From positions 7,752,001-7,816,000 of the forward strand of contig CM119371.1 in the NCBI GenBank assembly GCA_051294905.1: DNA of 64,000 nt, read 5' to 3'. The position numbers and the translations under genes are program-made. The notes below the pieces were generated by a model. That model was not told the origin of the DNA and did no database searches. It saw only the letters and a list, made by a program, of their open reading frames with translations. Below, one piece after another: positions 49,759 through 61,975 of this stretch. How positions within the stretch are numbered: the stretch's first letter is position 1; every line of letters begins with the position of its first letter. The stretch is from Botryllus schlosseri (lineage: Eukaryota).

Positions 49759-50673
49759 CAGGGGCGGGCAACATACGGCCCGCGGGCCGGATCCGGGCCG
49801 CGACGGGATTTTGTGCGACCTGCCGACTGTTTTCGGTCTTACGTGATGATGAGGCCCGCGTCGCCGTCTACAGGCATTTAGACGCAATCATTTTCGAGCA
49901 TGAACATCAGCAAGACAACGTGACGTTCTAATACAACTGATGTTCACCGCATTGAAGTATAGCCAGGGGCGAATGTGGCCATTTCATTGCCAGATTTTAG
50001 AGGATATTCGTGATATTTATAAATAGTGGATTGTTTTGGGCAGATGGATTCAAACTAAAAACATTTCGCCCGATTCAGTGTCTCTACGTCGGCTACGTGT
50101 CTTGATTATGGAAATACAGTATCATATAGATACACTATAGAATAGCCCGAGGCCGTGGGGTAGCAGGAGTTTTCAACAAAGTAATTAATAAAGAATGAAC
50201 CCGCCCGAAGTGAATAATCTGCGATAAGCTCATGAATGTATATTCTTATGCCATGATCAATGTTCAAAATTATAATTATACGTGTTGTCAGTTTTCGAAG
50301 AAACCACTTGCTCATACACTCACCAATATCATTGATCAAATTCATTCATTTATAATGCTAAAATTTTCGTGCTTCTCGCGACCAGAGGCAAAATTTACTG
50401 ATTTTTGATCACATTCATATCACCGATTTGGGTTCGCCCGTGAATCGATCACCCAAACTAGACATAGTTCGCAACTGCTGGAATGTGTGCGTCTCTGAAT
50501 TGTATGTACAAACTTTGTACTACAAAGGGTAGTGCAGGGTACGATGGACGGATCTGTGGCGCGTTCCCCCGGAAGAGAGCTCCCCTAAACTCATAAAAAA
50601 TTCAGGAATCCGACCCGCCTCGTGTTCATATTCCTCTATCCGGCCCGCCGGATGAAGAAGTGGTTCGGCCCTG
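49759..50673. mobile_element. hAT MITE, CAGGGGCGGGCAA family ends
   Basis: Left end matches the 34223 element; perfect TSD gattaggg. Confidence 0.85.
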
Positions 50674-51044
50674 GATTAGGGCGAGATAGGGATGGTCCAT
50701 GAACTGCATATCCGCCGGATTTTTTGTTTATTTTTTGGTCGGAACCGCTATTCTTCACTTATGCACTTCCTCGACGCGACTTTTGACTTCAGTCCCATCT
50801 CTTTATAGTAATTACGCGGCGAATCTGATTCGTCACCCATGTTACTTTGACTCTATGCAACTGCACAGGCTTTCATCGTTCAGTGGTCGCGCTAGAAAAT
50901 GATTAAGGCAAATAAATCTACCCCAAACACTCCACTTGATGTTGCTTTACGAAAAAAATTTGGTCTCCTTTCGAACTTGGGTTCGGGGTGCACCAGTTAC
51001 GGTCCTGGAGTGGTACTGATGTTTGACAATAAATGAGTATATAG

Positions 51045-52131
51045 CAGTGTTGGCATCAAGTCACGACTGTCGAGTTTAGAGTCATTTCAAGTCATTGCAA
51101 TTTTTGACACGAATCAAGTCAAGTCAATCGATTTTCGAAAGTGACTCGAGTCAAGTCAAGTCAAGTCAAGTCAAGTCAAAACAAATTTGAGTCAATTCCG
51201 ACTTGTAGAAGCGGAACTATTTGAGTTTTTCGTTGATAATCCCCGGATCAAGGATAATCCGACAATTATCAACGAAAAACGCGAATAACTCCGCTTCTAC
51301 AAGTCGGAATTGACTCAAATTTGTTTTGCATCGTCTTTGAAGACAGCTCAACAATTTCACGGGGTTGACAGAAAAATTTAGGAATTTTTTTTTAAATTTT
51401 CATTAATAAATTAAAAATTTTAATTCAAGATTGCACGGCCTTGACTGGTTGGAATTGAGTCAAATTTGGTGTGCATCGTTTCCTTGGACAACCTGCCGAT
51501 TTAGTCAGTAGGCGAGTGAGATTTGGAAAAAAAAGTTTTTTTTTTAACAACCTAATATATAGTTAAATATACACCAAGAAGGCGATGTATCGCTCACATA
51601 TACGTAGAACTGATAGCTTCAGTTTATAGGTACCAGCCAAAATAGAGAATACAGAAACGAATTGATAAGATGCAATATATTACGGTTTTATAAATTGATA
51701 TGATACAATTCGAACCTGCGCCAATGGTTGAGAACTATATAAGTTCAATTTCAATAAAACAAGAGGTTTGGTTAAGGTAAGAACAGAGAAGACAAATATA
51801 CATTTGCTGTTAGATTACTTTACTATACTAGTTTACGACAACGTAAGCTGTAAGCTTTGATCACTTCGTTGACTCTCAATTTATTTGTGAGAGAACAATG
51901 GATGCTCAGTAAAACGCACGATCATTGAATGATTATGGTCGCTCGCACCAGTGTTTCGTGAATAATCAGAACATATGCAAGAGACAGTGATATTTACCGA
52001 CACCGATTACTTAATGACTTGAAATTGACACGTGAAATTTGCTCCAAGTCACGAGTCAATCCACATTTCTGATAAGCCGAGTCAAGTCAAGTCAAGTCGT
52101 TTTAGTAAAATGACTCGAGTCAAGTCAAGTC
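51045..52131 (-). mobile_element. Degenerate inverted copy of the 36094-37093 family, with a truncated foldback element at ~51178-51554
   Basis: CAGTGTTGGCATCAAGTCAC start; (AAGTC)n arrays; foldback centre and right arm ending ttttaacaaccta. Confidence 0.75.
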
Positions 52132-52562
52132 TAGCCTAGTCTCGCCTAGCGTATATAGACGAAGCCGTAGATAGGCGATACCCGACTCCAAAATCCGTAG
52201 CTAATTATTGGAGGTTTATCTAGGCTCCTCCTCGCCATGCCATACGTGTAAACGGTGTCTTATAAAAAGTCTAGAACTGGGCTGTGCTACAAGTCAGCAG
52301 CTACGGAATAAAAATGAAGAAAATTGGCCAGGGGTAATTGACCATACTAGTCGACACAGTCGACAAACACCATGGATACCTCAAAAAACAAACCTGCTTG
52401 ACATTTTGCCAGGGGAGACCAAAGTTAAGGCATCTCATAATGGTGAGACGAGAATACTAAGTTCAACAGAATTCAGCAGCGTCACTAACGGGAGACTACT
52501 ACTGCCTAGCGCAGTAATAATCATTGGTCAACTGCTCGCCTATTCGTGATTACACCGTTGAC

Positions 52563-52677
52563 TATATATTTCAAAGCATGTTGCGCCCGCGCCTTCTCGT
52601 TTTCAAGTCAGTTTAAGGTAGGTTCGGGTTCTCGGATGCTCACTGAAACTTGTCTTAGTTATGGCGTAATCCTACAG
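52563..52677 (+). promoter_or_regulatory. Putative core promoter, short non-coding exon and 60-nt first intron of gene 3
   Basis: TATATA 52563-52568, CGCGCC, Inr-like TCAGTT 52608-52613, AG|GTAGGT donor after 52617, acceptor cctacag at 52677; mirrors 3826-3940. Confidence 0.45.
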
Positions 52678-52729
52678 TTTTACGACGTTGATCGTGTTGG
52701 AAAAGACTAGTCCGACAGAAGCAGAAGAG

Positions 52730-55700
52730 ATGGCAAGCCGCTTCCAGAAGCAATCTGATAGCGAGCGTTTTATAGCGACTAGGAGGAAAGGCACCAACGA
52801 GGCTCGTAACGTTACTACTGGCGATGACGGTAAGGTATAGCATAGATTTGCGATCGAAAAAAATAAGTATGACAGCTGTACCTGAACGTGGACTCGCTGT
52901 TTAGCAGGTTATGACAATCTGTTATCTACCGACTAGCTGATAGTCTGGAACCCGGTGTTTATCGTTTCACTTTTTGTCGCGAATACCCCATACGAGCTGA
53001 ACGTTTTGGAAAGTATTGAAGTGTCCCGTATAGTCGAATTACCCAAGTATACGCGTTCACAACACATGTGACTACCGCTACTTAACGGCTGACTGGAATT
53101 AGCGCCATATTGAACTGGTTCGTGTCGTAGTAGGCTCATGAAGACGACCGTACGGTTTTATAGTGTGCAGATGAAGACTGATTCACCTTCTTGCATTATA
53201 TTATATAAACTTGCACCACCAACTGTTATCACATCATATTTCATTATGCTCGTGTATATCGGAATTAGCATTTCGAATAGTTTGACTGGTTGGTTGCGAT
53301 GTAAATCCCGAAAAGGTATATGACAGGGGTTCTCAACCTGTCGTCTGGTCCGTAGGGGCCCGTCAGCCTTTCTCAGGGAGCGATTAAAATTGATCAGGTC
53401 CACGTCTACTCCGCTATAGCAAAAAGCGATGTATAAACATTACATGAAAATACTAGTACAGGATTAGTGCCGAAATTTGTCATTTCATTGCTGTGGTCTT
53501 TCCCACGAACATATTGTTGTCAATGTGCGTTTTCTACAATATAACCTCTTAAGAAGAAGCAGGGCAATGTCTTGGATATTTAGAATGACATGCGTCTGAC
53601 TCTTACCGCCATCAATCAAGCATCGAAGACATTGTCAGAAAAAAAAAACAAGTTCCACCATCATTCACTGAATATGTAGTAACGAAATATTGTAACCTAC
53701 CACATGGTTGTTATGACTTTGATCATGACTCTACTCGAGTCATTTTCTCAAAATACGGAAATGACTCGACTCGAGTTAATCTGTGTATTGACTCGAATTG
53801 GACTCGGGTCATTACGCATGGCTATAGAACCAGGTCATATGACTCGAGTCAGTGGCGGCTCGTGACAATATCGTGTGGTGGGGCAAGGGGTGTACGCGAT
53901 TTTAATTGTCTAAATGACGTCACAATAGTGTATTGCGACGTGAAAATGTGACTTCGTGATGGCCACACACAATTTGAATGGGGTATAGACATTAGACATG
54001 GTTAACAATGATTACGCATTTCAAATCATAGTTGATAAATGTTCAACGACGAGGTCATTGAAATCTGGAATACCCAGAATGAGAGCGTAAGAATCGTGAG
54101 CACATCTAACGCATCGAGCCTTATCACTGCAGCAAAGTTGATAAAAAGCGATTTTTCAACTATAGGAATTTTACAAGTTCACTAGTGGTTACTACTACGG
54201 AAAAAGATGTATTGGAATATAAACAAGTCAACTCGAGTTGAGCAATGTCGACCATCGGGTAATATCGAGACACCGTTTGCAATAGCCCGCATGGTTCAGA
54301 TCACGTTATCCAATTTCGGTCGCACTAGAGACACTGTCCCCTTGTACCAGCAGTGTAAAAGTGTATAACAAGGCGTCCTTATCCTCGCTTATACGTCAGC
54401 CTTTCATTTTTTTATCGAAGTACGTTGGGAAAAGGGTAAGAGTGCGCTTTCCTTCCGTGTACGGTTAGATCAATGGATAATTTCCAGGCTGATAATGGCC
54501 GAGTCTTGCGTAAAAACACCGAATTTAGCGTAAAATATACTGAGGAATAGACTGATCAAGCGATCAGCTGTTAGCCGTCATCGAAAACGAACTATAGCTA
54601 ACGCGCTTGACATAGGGATGTCAGCAAATGGCTTGAAGGCCACAATTTCACGGTAAAATTTACATTGGAGAATATAAAATAAAGTAAAGATTTGAATGCA
54701 AACCGCGAATCTTAGTAACCTCTTTTATGAGATCATCATCTCTTCACCTATCTCAGTATGAAACACAGTTAAAATTAGCACAGACCAACACAGGCTTTTG
54801 CGTGAAATCCGCAATGCGGTAATTAGTATTAGGCCATGTGTCAGATCGGCACCCATCTCTACTACACTTGACCTCGATGACGAAATTAGTGCCCAAATCA
54901 TTGAGTGTCAACCTCGGGACTTGGCACAACGTTCGATACTGAAATCAAGACATACCGTTCAAAAGCTCAAGACCGATCTAGGTATGGAGCATCGTTAAAA
55001 TCGATAGAGACCAATACCGGTTTTGCGTAAAATCTGTTAGTGATAAATGGCGAGTCAGCTCTCACTCGACTTAGGAGACGAAATTACCACCCACATAGTT
55101 CCGTGATAAACTTAAAACTTGGTACGGCGTTCGATACTAACACTATGAATAACTATGCCAAATGTCATGACCGATCTGGGTATGAAACATCGTCAAAATC
55201 AATGGACACCAATGCCCGCTTTTAAGTTAAATCTGTTTGCGATACATGATGGATTAGCACACTGTCAACGTTGGAAACGAAATTACTACCCTACACTTTA
55301 ATTAACAACCCTGAAACTTGGAGCGGTGTTAAATACTACCTTCACGACATAACATACCAAGTTTCAACAATTTTCAATGTGCGAAACATCGCAAAAATCG
55401 TCCAATACCAGCTAAGGTCGACTCAACGCGTGTGCCGGTAACCGAGTTGAGATATAGATACGATTGTTACATCACACCTTAAGGGCAACCAGGCAAGTTG
55501 CCCTACTTGCTCGGTAATTTTATGAATAGGAGAGAGTAAATCACCGTTTCTTTATTGTGCGCGGATTTCAGAGAATAGACAGTGAAAGCTTGTTATGAGC
55601 GCTACCGGGGCAAGCCCCGGCTAGGCATTCACAAAGCGAAAACACAGAAGAGAATTCGATTTTCGCAGAGACTGCGCTAGCTATGGGCATTTACAAGCGA

Positions 55701-58700
55701 AAGCACAAGAAGAATGCGGGCTTCGCTGTGATATCGGTATATATTGTTTGCTGTGCGTCTATAAATGGTAAATGATTGTTATTGAACAGAATTTTAGGTG
55801 GGGCAATGCCCCAGTTGCCATATAGGACGAGCCGCCACTGACTCGAGTCTCAGACGACCAAGGCCTACATTTCATTGTCATTTCGAAGAATAGTGAAGTA
55901 ACCACACTGTTGTTATTTCGCCTATTGGTACTGGTACTTGCAAATGCGATTAGAAACTGTTAAAAGTGAGAAATATTTGCATGCGTTAAGTGCGAACAAT
56001 TCGCTATCACAAAACAGAGTTAGAAAAAGTGGTTTTAACAAGACTTTGACTCGAAACTGATCCGTCAACGTAATGACTTGGACTCGGACTCGACTCATAA
56101 TACCATGACTTGGACTCGACCCTCTTCTCACTAACTTGGACTCGGACTTCAGTTCGTGATGAACTAAAAATCACTCGACTTGACTCGAGTCCAAACTATA
56201 AAAGTGATATTGACTGGTGACTTGGTTACAACACTGGCCGACAGCATCATACCCATATTACCTTTAAATTCGCTTCTGAAATGTGTAAAGACTATAAATA
56301 TAAATACTTCTACACATACAAAGAATGAATTTATCTAACACACTCGCGAATCGGTTTTTACAAGTACAGCACTAAAAGTAGCAAACCGGCTGTTGTTGCC
56401 AATCTAAAATCACACTAGCAATTCAAATCTTTGAAAATGCATGGGCCGGGCGGTCGGGCTATCGCGCCATCAATACAGTAAAAACAATACTATAGCACAG
56501 TGGTTCTTAACTTTTTTCACCCCGCCGACCGGTAAAATTTCAAAATATATTTGGCGGACCGGTGGATGTTCAAAAATTGAAATCAACCCAAAATGTAACA
56601 ACGTATACAACCGTTTTTGCTAGCAAATGGTGCTAGCGAGTGACATTTTAAAAGGTTTTGATCGTACTTTCATGATCGTATCCATATGATTTTATGGTTG
56701 GTGTTGTTGTTTTTAGGTAGGCTATTCAATGTGTTAGTCGAATACTATGGTCATTTACACCAGGCCGATATTCTTCATTTTGATTTCGTAACTGCCCACT
56801 TCTAGGCTTTGTGTAAGACACGGCTGACGCGTATGAGGCGGCAAGGTGGAGCCTAAATTAACTCTCGCAACACTTGGGTACAGGAATTCTGAAGTCCACC
56901 ACCGTCGGACTCGGACCCGCAACCCATTGGTGTTGTAGTCACGGATTATACCACTGACCACACTAACTCGGCAATAGTGAGAGAAGAAGTGTTACGGAGT
57001 CGAACCAAGCACCTTGGCGTGCTACCTTTCTCACTGCCCACTACCACCAGGCGTAGGCTATACTCTGGCTACTACGAATACAATGCACCGCACGAAAACA
57101 TCTGACAACAGCTATACCTGGCCATCCGTAAAATTAGGGCCAGAAAACCACTTCACCACTTCATCACCCCCTCACCCCAAAATAATGTTGATCCTTGGCC
57201 ACACATAGGGTTCTGGAGGTTCTTCTCCCCCACAAGACCCGCAGTACGATTGATATTTTCACCAGTAGTTGTGAGCACATATATTCACATCAGTGTAGGC
57301 AGAGAGTTATGTCACATACTACTACCGAGCGGGAAAATTTTCCATAAATCTTGACAATAATATTGATAATTTTGAATTGCATATATATTGATATAATTTT
57401 ATTTATTTTCTCAGAATTATCAGATTTCCCGGTAGAGCTGGTTGAGGTGTTGTCTTGGAAAATTTACGGCGTGCAATTATTCATTAAACATAATCGGGCG
57501 GGCCTATTGGTATAATTACTTCGTTGCATGTTATTATTTCGTGACTTACTATCTGTAATATTGTAAATAGATATTGAAATCGCCCAAGCCTTCCAAACTA
57601 AAAGGCAAACACGATTCCAAATTCCTATTTCATCACTGGAAAAGATTTTATCTCTGTAGTATGGCATTTATCCTGCGGGGCACAGATTGCCAGGACTGCG
57701 TGATTCGGAGCCAGCCATTTAGGCGCAGATGGACAATTAGACATATATATATCGAGGTTTTCGGCCAATAAAGGGCAGTCGCTTTCGGCCAAGGTTTTCT
57801 CGCGACCGAATTTTTAGCACATGATTCCGAGTCCCATGTTAGCTTAAACTTAATTGATTTGCTGGGTCGTGGGGAGGTATTGGCTGACGCCGAAATGCCT
57901 GTTTCTATAAAACATGTGTACGTCTCAGGGTTAGGGCACCCAATAATGAAGACATTTTGTCATACTAAATCGCGCAAAGCGCGAATTTTATATTTAAAAA
58001 GTTGGTTAAAGTTTCAAAGATTACTTTATAATTTATATTCATTCACAAAATAATGTTGGACCCCTTCAAGCTCGGTCCAGCTCCAATTGGGGGGATTGGG
58101 GTGCGGCAGTTAGTTGTCCCACACAAAATGTATTATTCGAAAACGAATGATTGAACAAATTAGTGAATCAGCTTATACTGGTCGCTTGCACGTCGTCAAA
58201 TGAAACAGCTTGAGCTTGAAGTAAAATCGACCATGTTTCCAGACCTAATGTTACGTCACGAAAATCTGAATCAGTTTGAGATTTTATGTTGTATTTATTT
58301 TTTCAATGGACAAGCCTTCAACATATTGCACCATGAAATTAAGGTATAAAATTGTATTATACCTGGCTGACCTACAGAAAAGTAGTTTCGAACCGGTGTT
58401 TGAGAACCACTGCTCTAGTAAGAATGTAGCTTATCATTATTATGTTGGAATGTATTATGAAACAGTTAAACAAGTACATACAGTAATTTGATTTCTAGTA
58501 GTCATTTTATCTATATTTTCACATTTTTCCTCGACGCTGTCACGGGCCGCATAAAACAGTGTAGTTTTCCCACCTCTAGTATTGGATGTAGCAGGTCGTT
58601 GACGGTTTGGCAGGCGTTGCTACGCGATGTATGTTGGTAACCGGTAGATGAATATCACAGGCCCATCGTAACAATGACAATGGTGAATCCCGTTGGAATA

Positions 58701-61700
58701 TGTTAAGTTATTGATTTGAACTTGCTGCTACCACTTTTAAAATGTCTGGTGTTGTATAGGCTACTATTAATTTGCTGATATGTTCTTGATATAGCTGGTT
58801 TTGAAATGCCTATCGATACACACGAAAAGGAGGCGAAACTGAAAAAGATTAGAGATCAGGTGATAATCGAGAAGATTATGGATGAGGTGATACTGGAGAC
58901 GGTCAAATTCGTGGATGGCAAACGAGGAAGCTCGAAGGTTGAATGTGCCGCTGTTAAGACCGGTTGGAACAGTAAGTTAGTGTTTCTAAAATCATAGGAT
59001 GTATAAACTGAACTGACATTCGTTCACGCTGAAGCTTGTTTATTTATGCCCGCAATTGTGTAGCCTGCGCATGTCATGCGAGTAATACAGATTAAAAATA
59101 AATTAGGGTTGCCATACGTCCGGAATTTCCCGGACATGTCCGGAATTTCACTGTTCAAACTAGCGTCCGGGAGGAATTTCCAAAATATGCCAAATGTCCG
59201 GAATTTTCAAGACTTGATGCAGGCTCATAATTTTTTCGTAAATCTACTTGAAAAAAATATTTTTGCGAATATTTATGCTGATGCAGGATATTTTTCTTCG
59301 CGCTGAGCGCGATTTACTATCACATTTATTGATTTTACACCACCCTCGCAAAAATTGCAATAGAATATAAATAAAATCAACCTTCATTTACTGAAATAAG
59401 CCTACTTGTAATCGAAATTATAGGAGAACGGTATATATTCCTAGAGATCACCAAGTCCGTTTAAATGCTTCATTCAAAGATAGTGCTTCCAAACGTGGGG
59501 GTGGTTTGCCATCATTCTGGGGTTCGCGAATTTGTTGAACGAAATCACCTTCCAAAATAGCCCGTGGGTAAGTCTGGGCAAAGGTGCTGACTTCTTTTAG
59601 TAATCAGCTCGTCAAATTTCGATCTGGGCCACGGAACATTTTGAAATTGGAGATGGAGTCGCTACCATAAAAGGTTAGAAAACACTGCATGTGGGGCGTT
59701 TATAAAGCTCCGTGATGCGCACCGGCATAAGACTGATAAACGATCTTATCGGTGGGGCGTGAACATAGCTTAACGATGTACAATTACGCTCGCTGTATTT
59801 CCGAACTCATCATCCTCCAGCAGTTCTACCGCTAACTCTGATCATATGGGCGGAGAGTAGTAAATATCTAGTAACATATGGAACAACTAATTATTGACAG
59901 AGTTCATTCAAATAATTTAATGACCAGATGCTTATAGAAATCAGATTCATATTGCAAGCCCCCACCCCAGAAGTTGCATCGCTTACCCTATGGTGGGCTC
60001 ATTTGGGCGGAAAGGGGCTGAAAACATGTGCTTTCGGTCCAGGTTATACAACACACAGCCACATACTCATGAACCGGATCGTGACCACCTCTGGTCTATG
60101 ACCAATGCTTCGCTAGTGTGACGTCATAACTCATATTGGAATTTATTAGCGGACGCTAAAGAGTGTCCGGAATTTGGGTTACAGAAATATGGTAACCCTA
60201 AAATAAATCAAATGCAGCACAGTGTGCAATAACAATTAAAGTCTTAGCAATTTATGGTTTCCATATAGTTTCGTTCAAACCTGTCTGTGGTTGAAAAATA
60301 GGGTAGAATTCATCATGTTTACCATTGTTTTGAATTTGGACGGCGAATAAATAATGTTTCGGTCAAATAACAGCCCCCTTTTCATTACGTAATACCAATA
60401 CATCCACGACGCAGCATGTATCAACATGTACTTCAGTGCTTCCAGTTTCTAAGTACAAATAATACGCCGCAAAATATAGGCAACATTTATGGCTCGGCCC
60501 GCCAACGTTTTATCTGCTTTTCCTTTCGTTTCACATGCACAGATTTACCGTGTAAGTTGATGTATATGCGGTATCTTAGATAATGTAGATGGTACAACAA
60601 GCTATCATTATGGGATGCGTCATGTTATTGGCACAAGGTGTAGAGTGTAGGCCAGTTGTACTCGACCTTTGAGACCTCCCGCACCGGTAAAACTTCAAAA
60701 CAAACTCTGCGGACCGGTGAACATTCAAAAATGAAAAATTAACACCTAGTTTCATTACTTCGAATGTAATGTATGCACGTAAAATGTACAATTGGAAACG
60801 CCATTTAGCGCTGCCTTTATGATAATAGATATTTATACGTGCTTCTCTTATAATTTCTGCACTACTAAGCTCGCGAAGTCCTTTTATAGGCCATTACCTG
60901 CAATCAAATTGTTCGGTATCCTTTGAAAGAAAGGAGATTGAGTTTGCTGTAGCCTCTATATTATACTGCCACAATGTCGATCAATTTCACCATCATAATT
61001 TAACGAAGTTTGTTTAAAAGTCTCCGCAGCTTGCTCAAATAACTTGTACGAAACGAGTTATAGGCTAATTTTAAACAGTTTCGTACAAAACTTGAAACAT
61101 TGTGACGTACAAGCACATCAGAAGCAGAATAATACACACCGCAGAGGAAACTACGCACCGAACTTTTAGATCAATTCAAAATTTGATTTTTTAGTTCTGT
61201 AATTAACAGACGACCGTCCAACTTCTTACTCTTTGGAAAAGAGATATAAATTCTAAAATATTTGGCGGACCGGCAAGAATCACTGGTGTAGACAATGCAT
61301 GAGGTTCTCGTGCGTTTGCTTCGAGCCTTGCTATTAAATACTTTATTAAATGTTGTCGCTACTCAGAAGATATTGGAATAGCTCACATCAAATATACCGA
61401 ACTAACAGGAGACGTGCCATTTGGGAGACGCACGTGATTTCCCATTCTCCTTACATCACTGGTGATTTTTCTCTTTGGGTCGAATGTGTAGCGCGGAGCT
61501 CCAGTTTCAATGTCATGACTATTCACCGACCGCACTTAAAAGCCAGGTAGGTTTTGGCCAACATGAGGTGGTCATTTTATGCTGATGTTTTGTCGCCGCC
61601 GATCATTTTTGTAGCTCGCTTCGCACAATCCCATATTGGTTAAAACGATTTTCATAATTGTGAACAAAGTGAAATTTGCTTTGTCCCAGAACCCGCTGAA

Positions 61701-61975
61701 GAATTGAATCCTACCACCGTTAGTGCACTGTACTGTAATGTGCGTCCATGGTCGGCACATTTTGGCACGATGCCATATCTCAAACAAGCTCGACCACTTT
61801 CGTATATCAAGTAAATTTCTTTCGCAACAGTGAAATTTATGGATTTTCACATATGCAGAGCGATATGCGATGTCTGGTGATCCATACGAGAATGAGGCAA
61901 TGCAGAAATGGCTGAGGGAAAACAATCAAGGAGGGTCAAAAGTCAAATATATCTTTGATCTGACCGATCGCAATA
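52730..61975 (+). CDS. Gene 3: diverged paralogue of gene 1, 5' part only (continues beyond the window)
   Basis: Exons 52730-52829 (MASRFQKQSDSERFIATRRKGTNEARNVTTGDD, donor gtaagg), 58795-58971 (177 nt, AGFEMPIDTHEKEAKLKKIRDQVIIEKIMDEVILETVKFVDGKRGSSKVECAAVKTGWN) and 61859-61975 (117 nt, KRYAMSGDPYENEAMQKWLRENNQGGSKVKYIFDLTDRN). All junctions are phase 1. The first and third exons align at DNA and protein level with gene 1 exons 3941-4099 and 19614-19733. Confidence 0.72.
53850..55840 (-). mobile_element. Internally deleted hAT (Tip100/TTF-zinc-finger type) transposon relic
   Basis: TIR CAGTGGCGGCTCGT/ACGAGCCGCCACTG; perfect TSD actcgagt. Minus strand has decayed RLGHYQP...LTY-EDKDAL (N-terminal, ~54510-54300) and RLDALDVLTI...LILGIPDFNDLVVEH (dimerisation domain, ~54155-54030). 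Confidence 0.82.
54879..55400. repeat. Diverged ~198-bp tandem repeat, ~2.6 copies
   Basis: acgaaatta...acttgg...atact...catcg..aaaatc recurs at 54879, 55077 and 55276. Confidence 0.75.
56498..58412. mobile_element. Old composite hAT MITE carrying family A interior (minus strand, ~57320-58112)
   Basis: CAGTGGTTCTTAAC/GTTTGAGAACCACTG; degenerate TSD ctatagca/ctctagta. Confidence 0.65.
56895..57060 (-). mobile_element. Possible tRNA-derived SINE heads (two A-box/B-box pairs in tandem)
   Basis: Minus strand: TGGTGGTAGTGG (57049-57038) then GGTTCGACTCC (57006-56996); TGGTCAGTGG (56960-56951) then GGTCCGAGTCC (~56917-56907). No clean cloverleaf. Confidence 0.35.
59104..60200. mobile_element. hAT MITE with TCCGGAA subterminal repeats
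   Basis: TIR TAGGGTT(G/A)CCATA; perfect TSD aaataaat. Confidence 0.9.

Noticed and set aside
61572..61925. 117-aa minus-strand ORF
   Set aside because: Antisense shadow of the + strand exon 61859-61975 and its intron; no domain.
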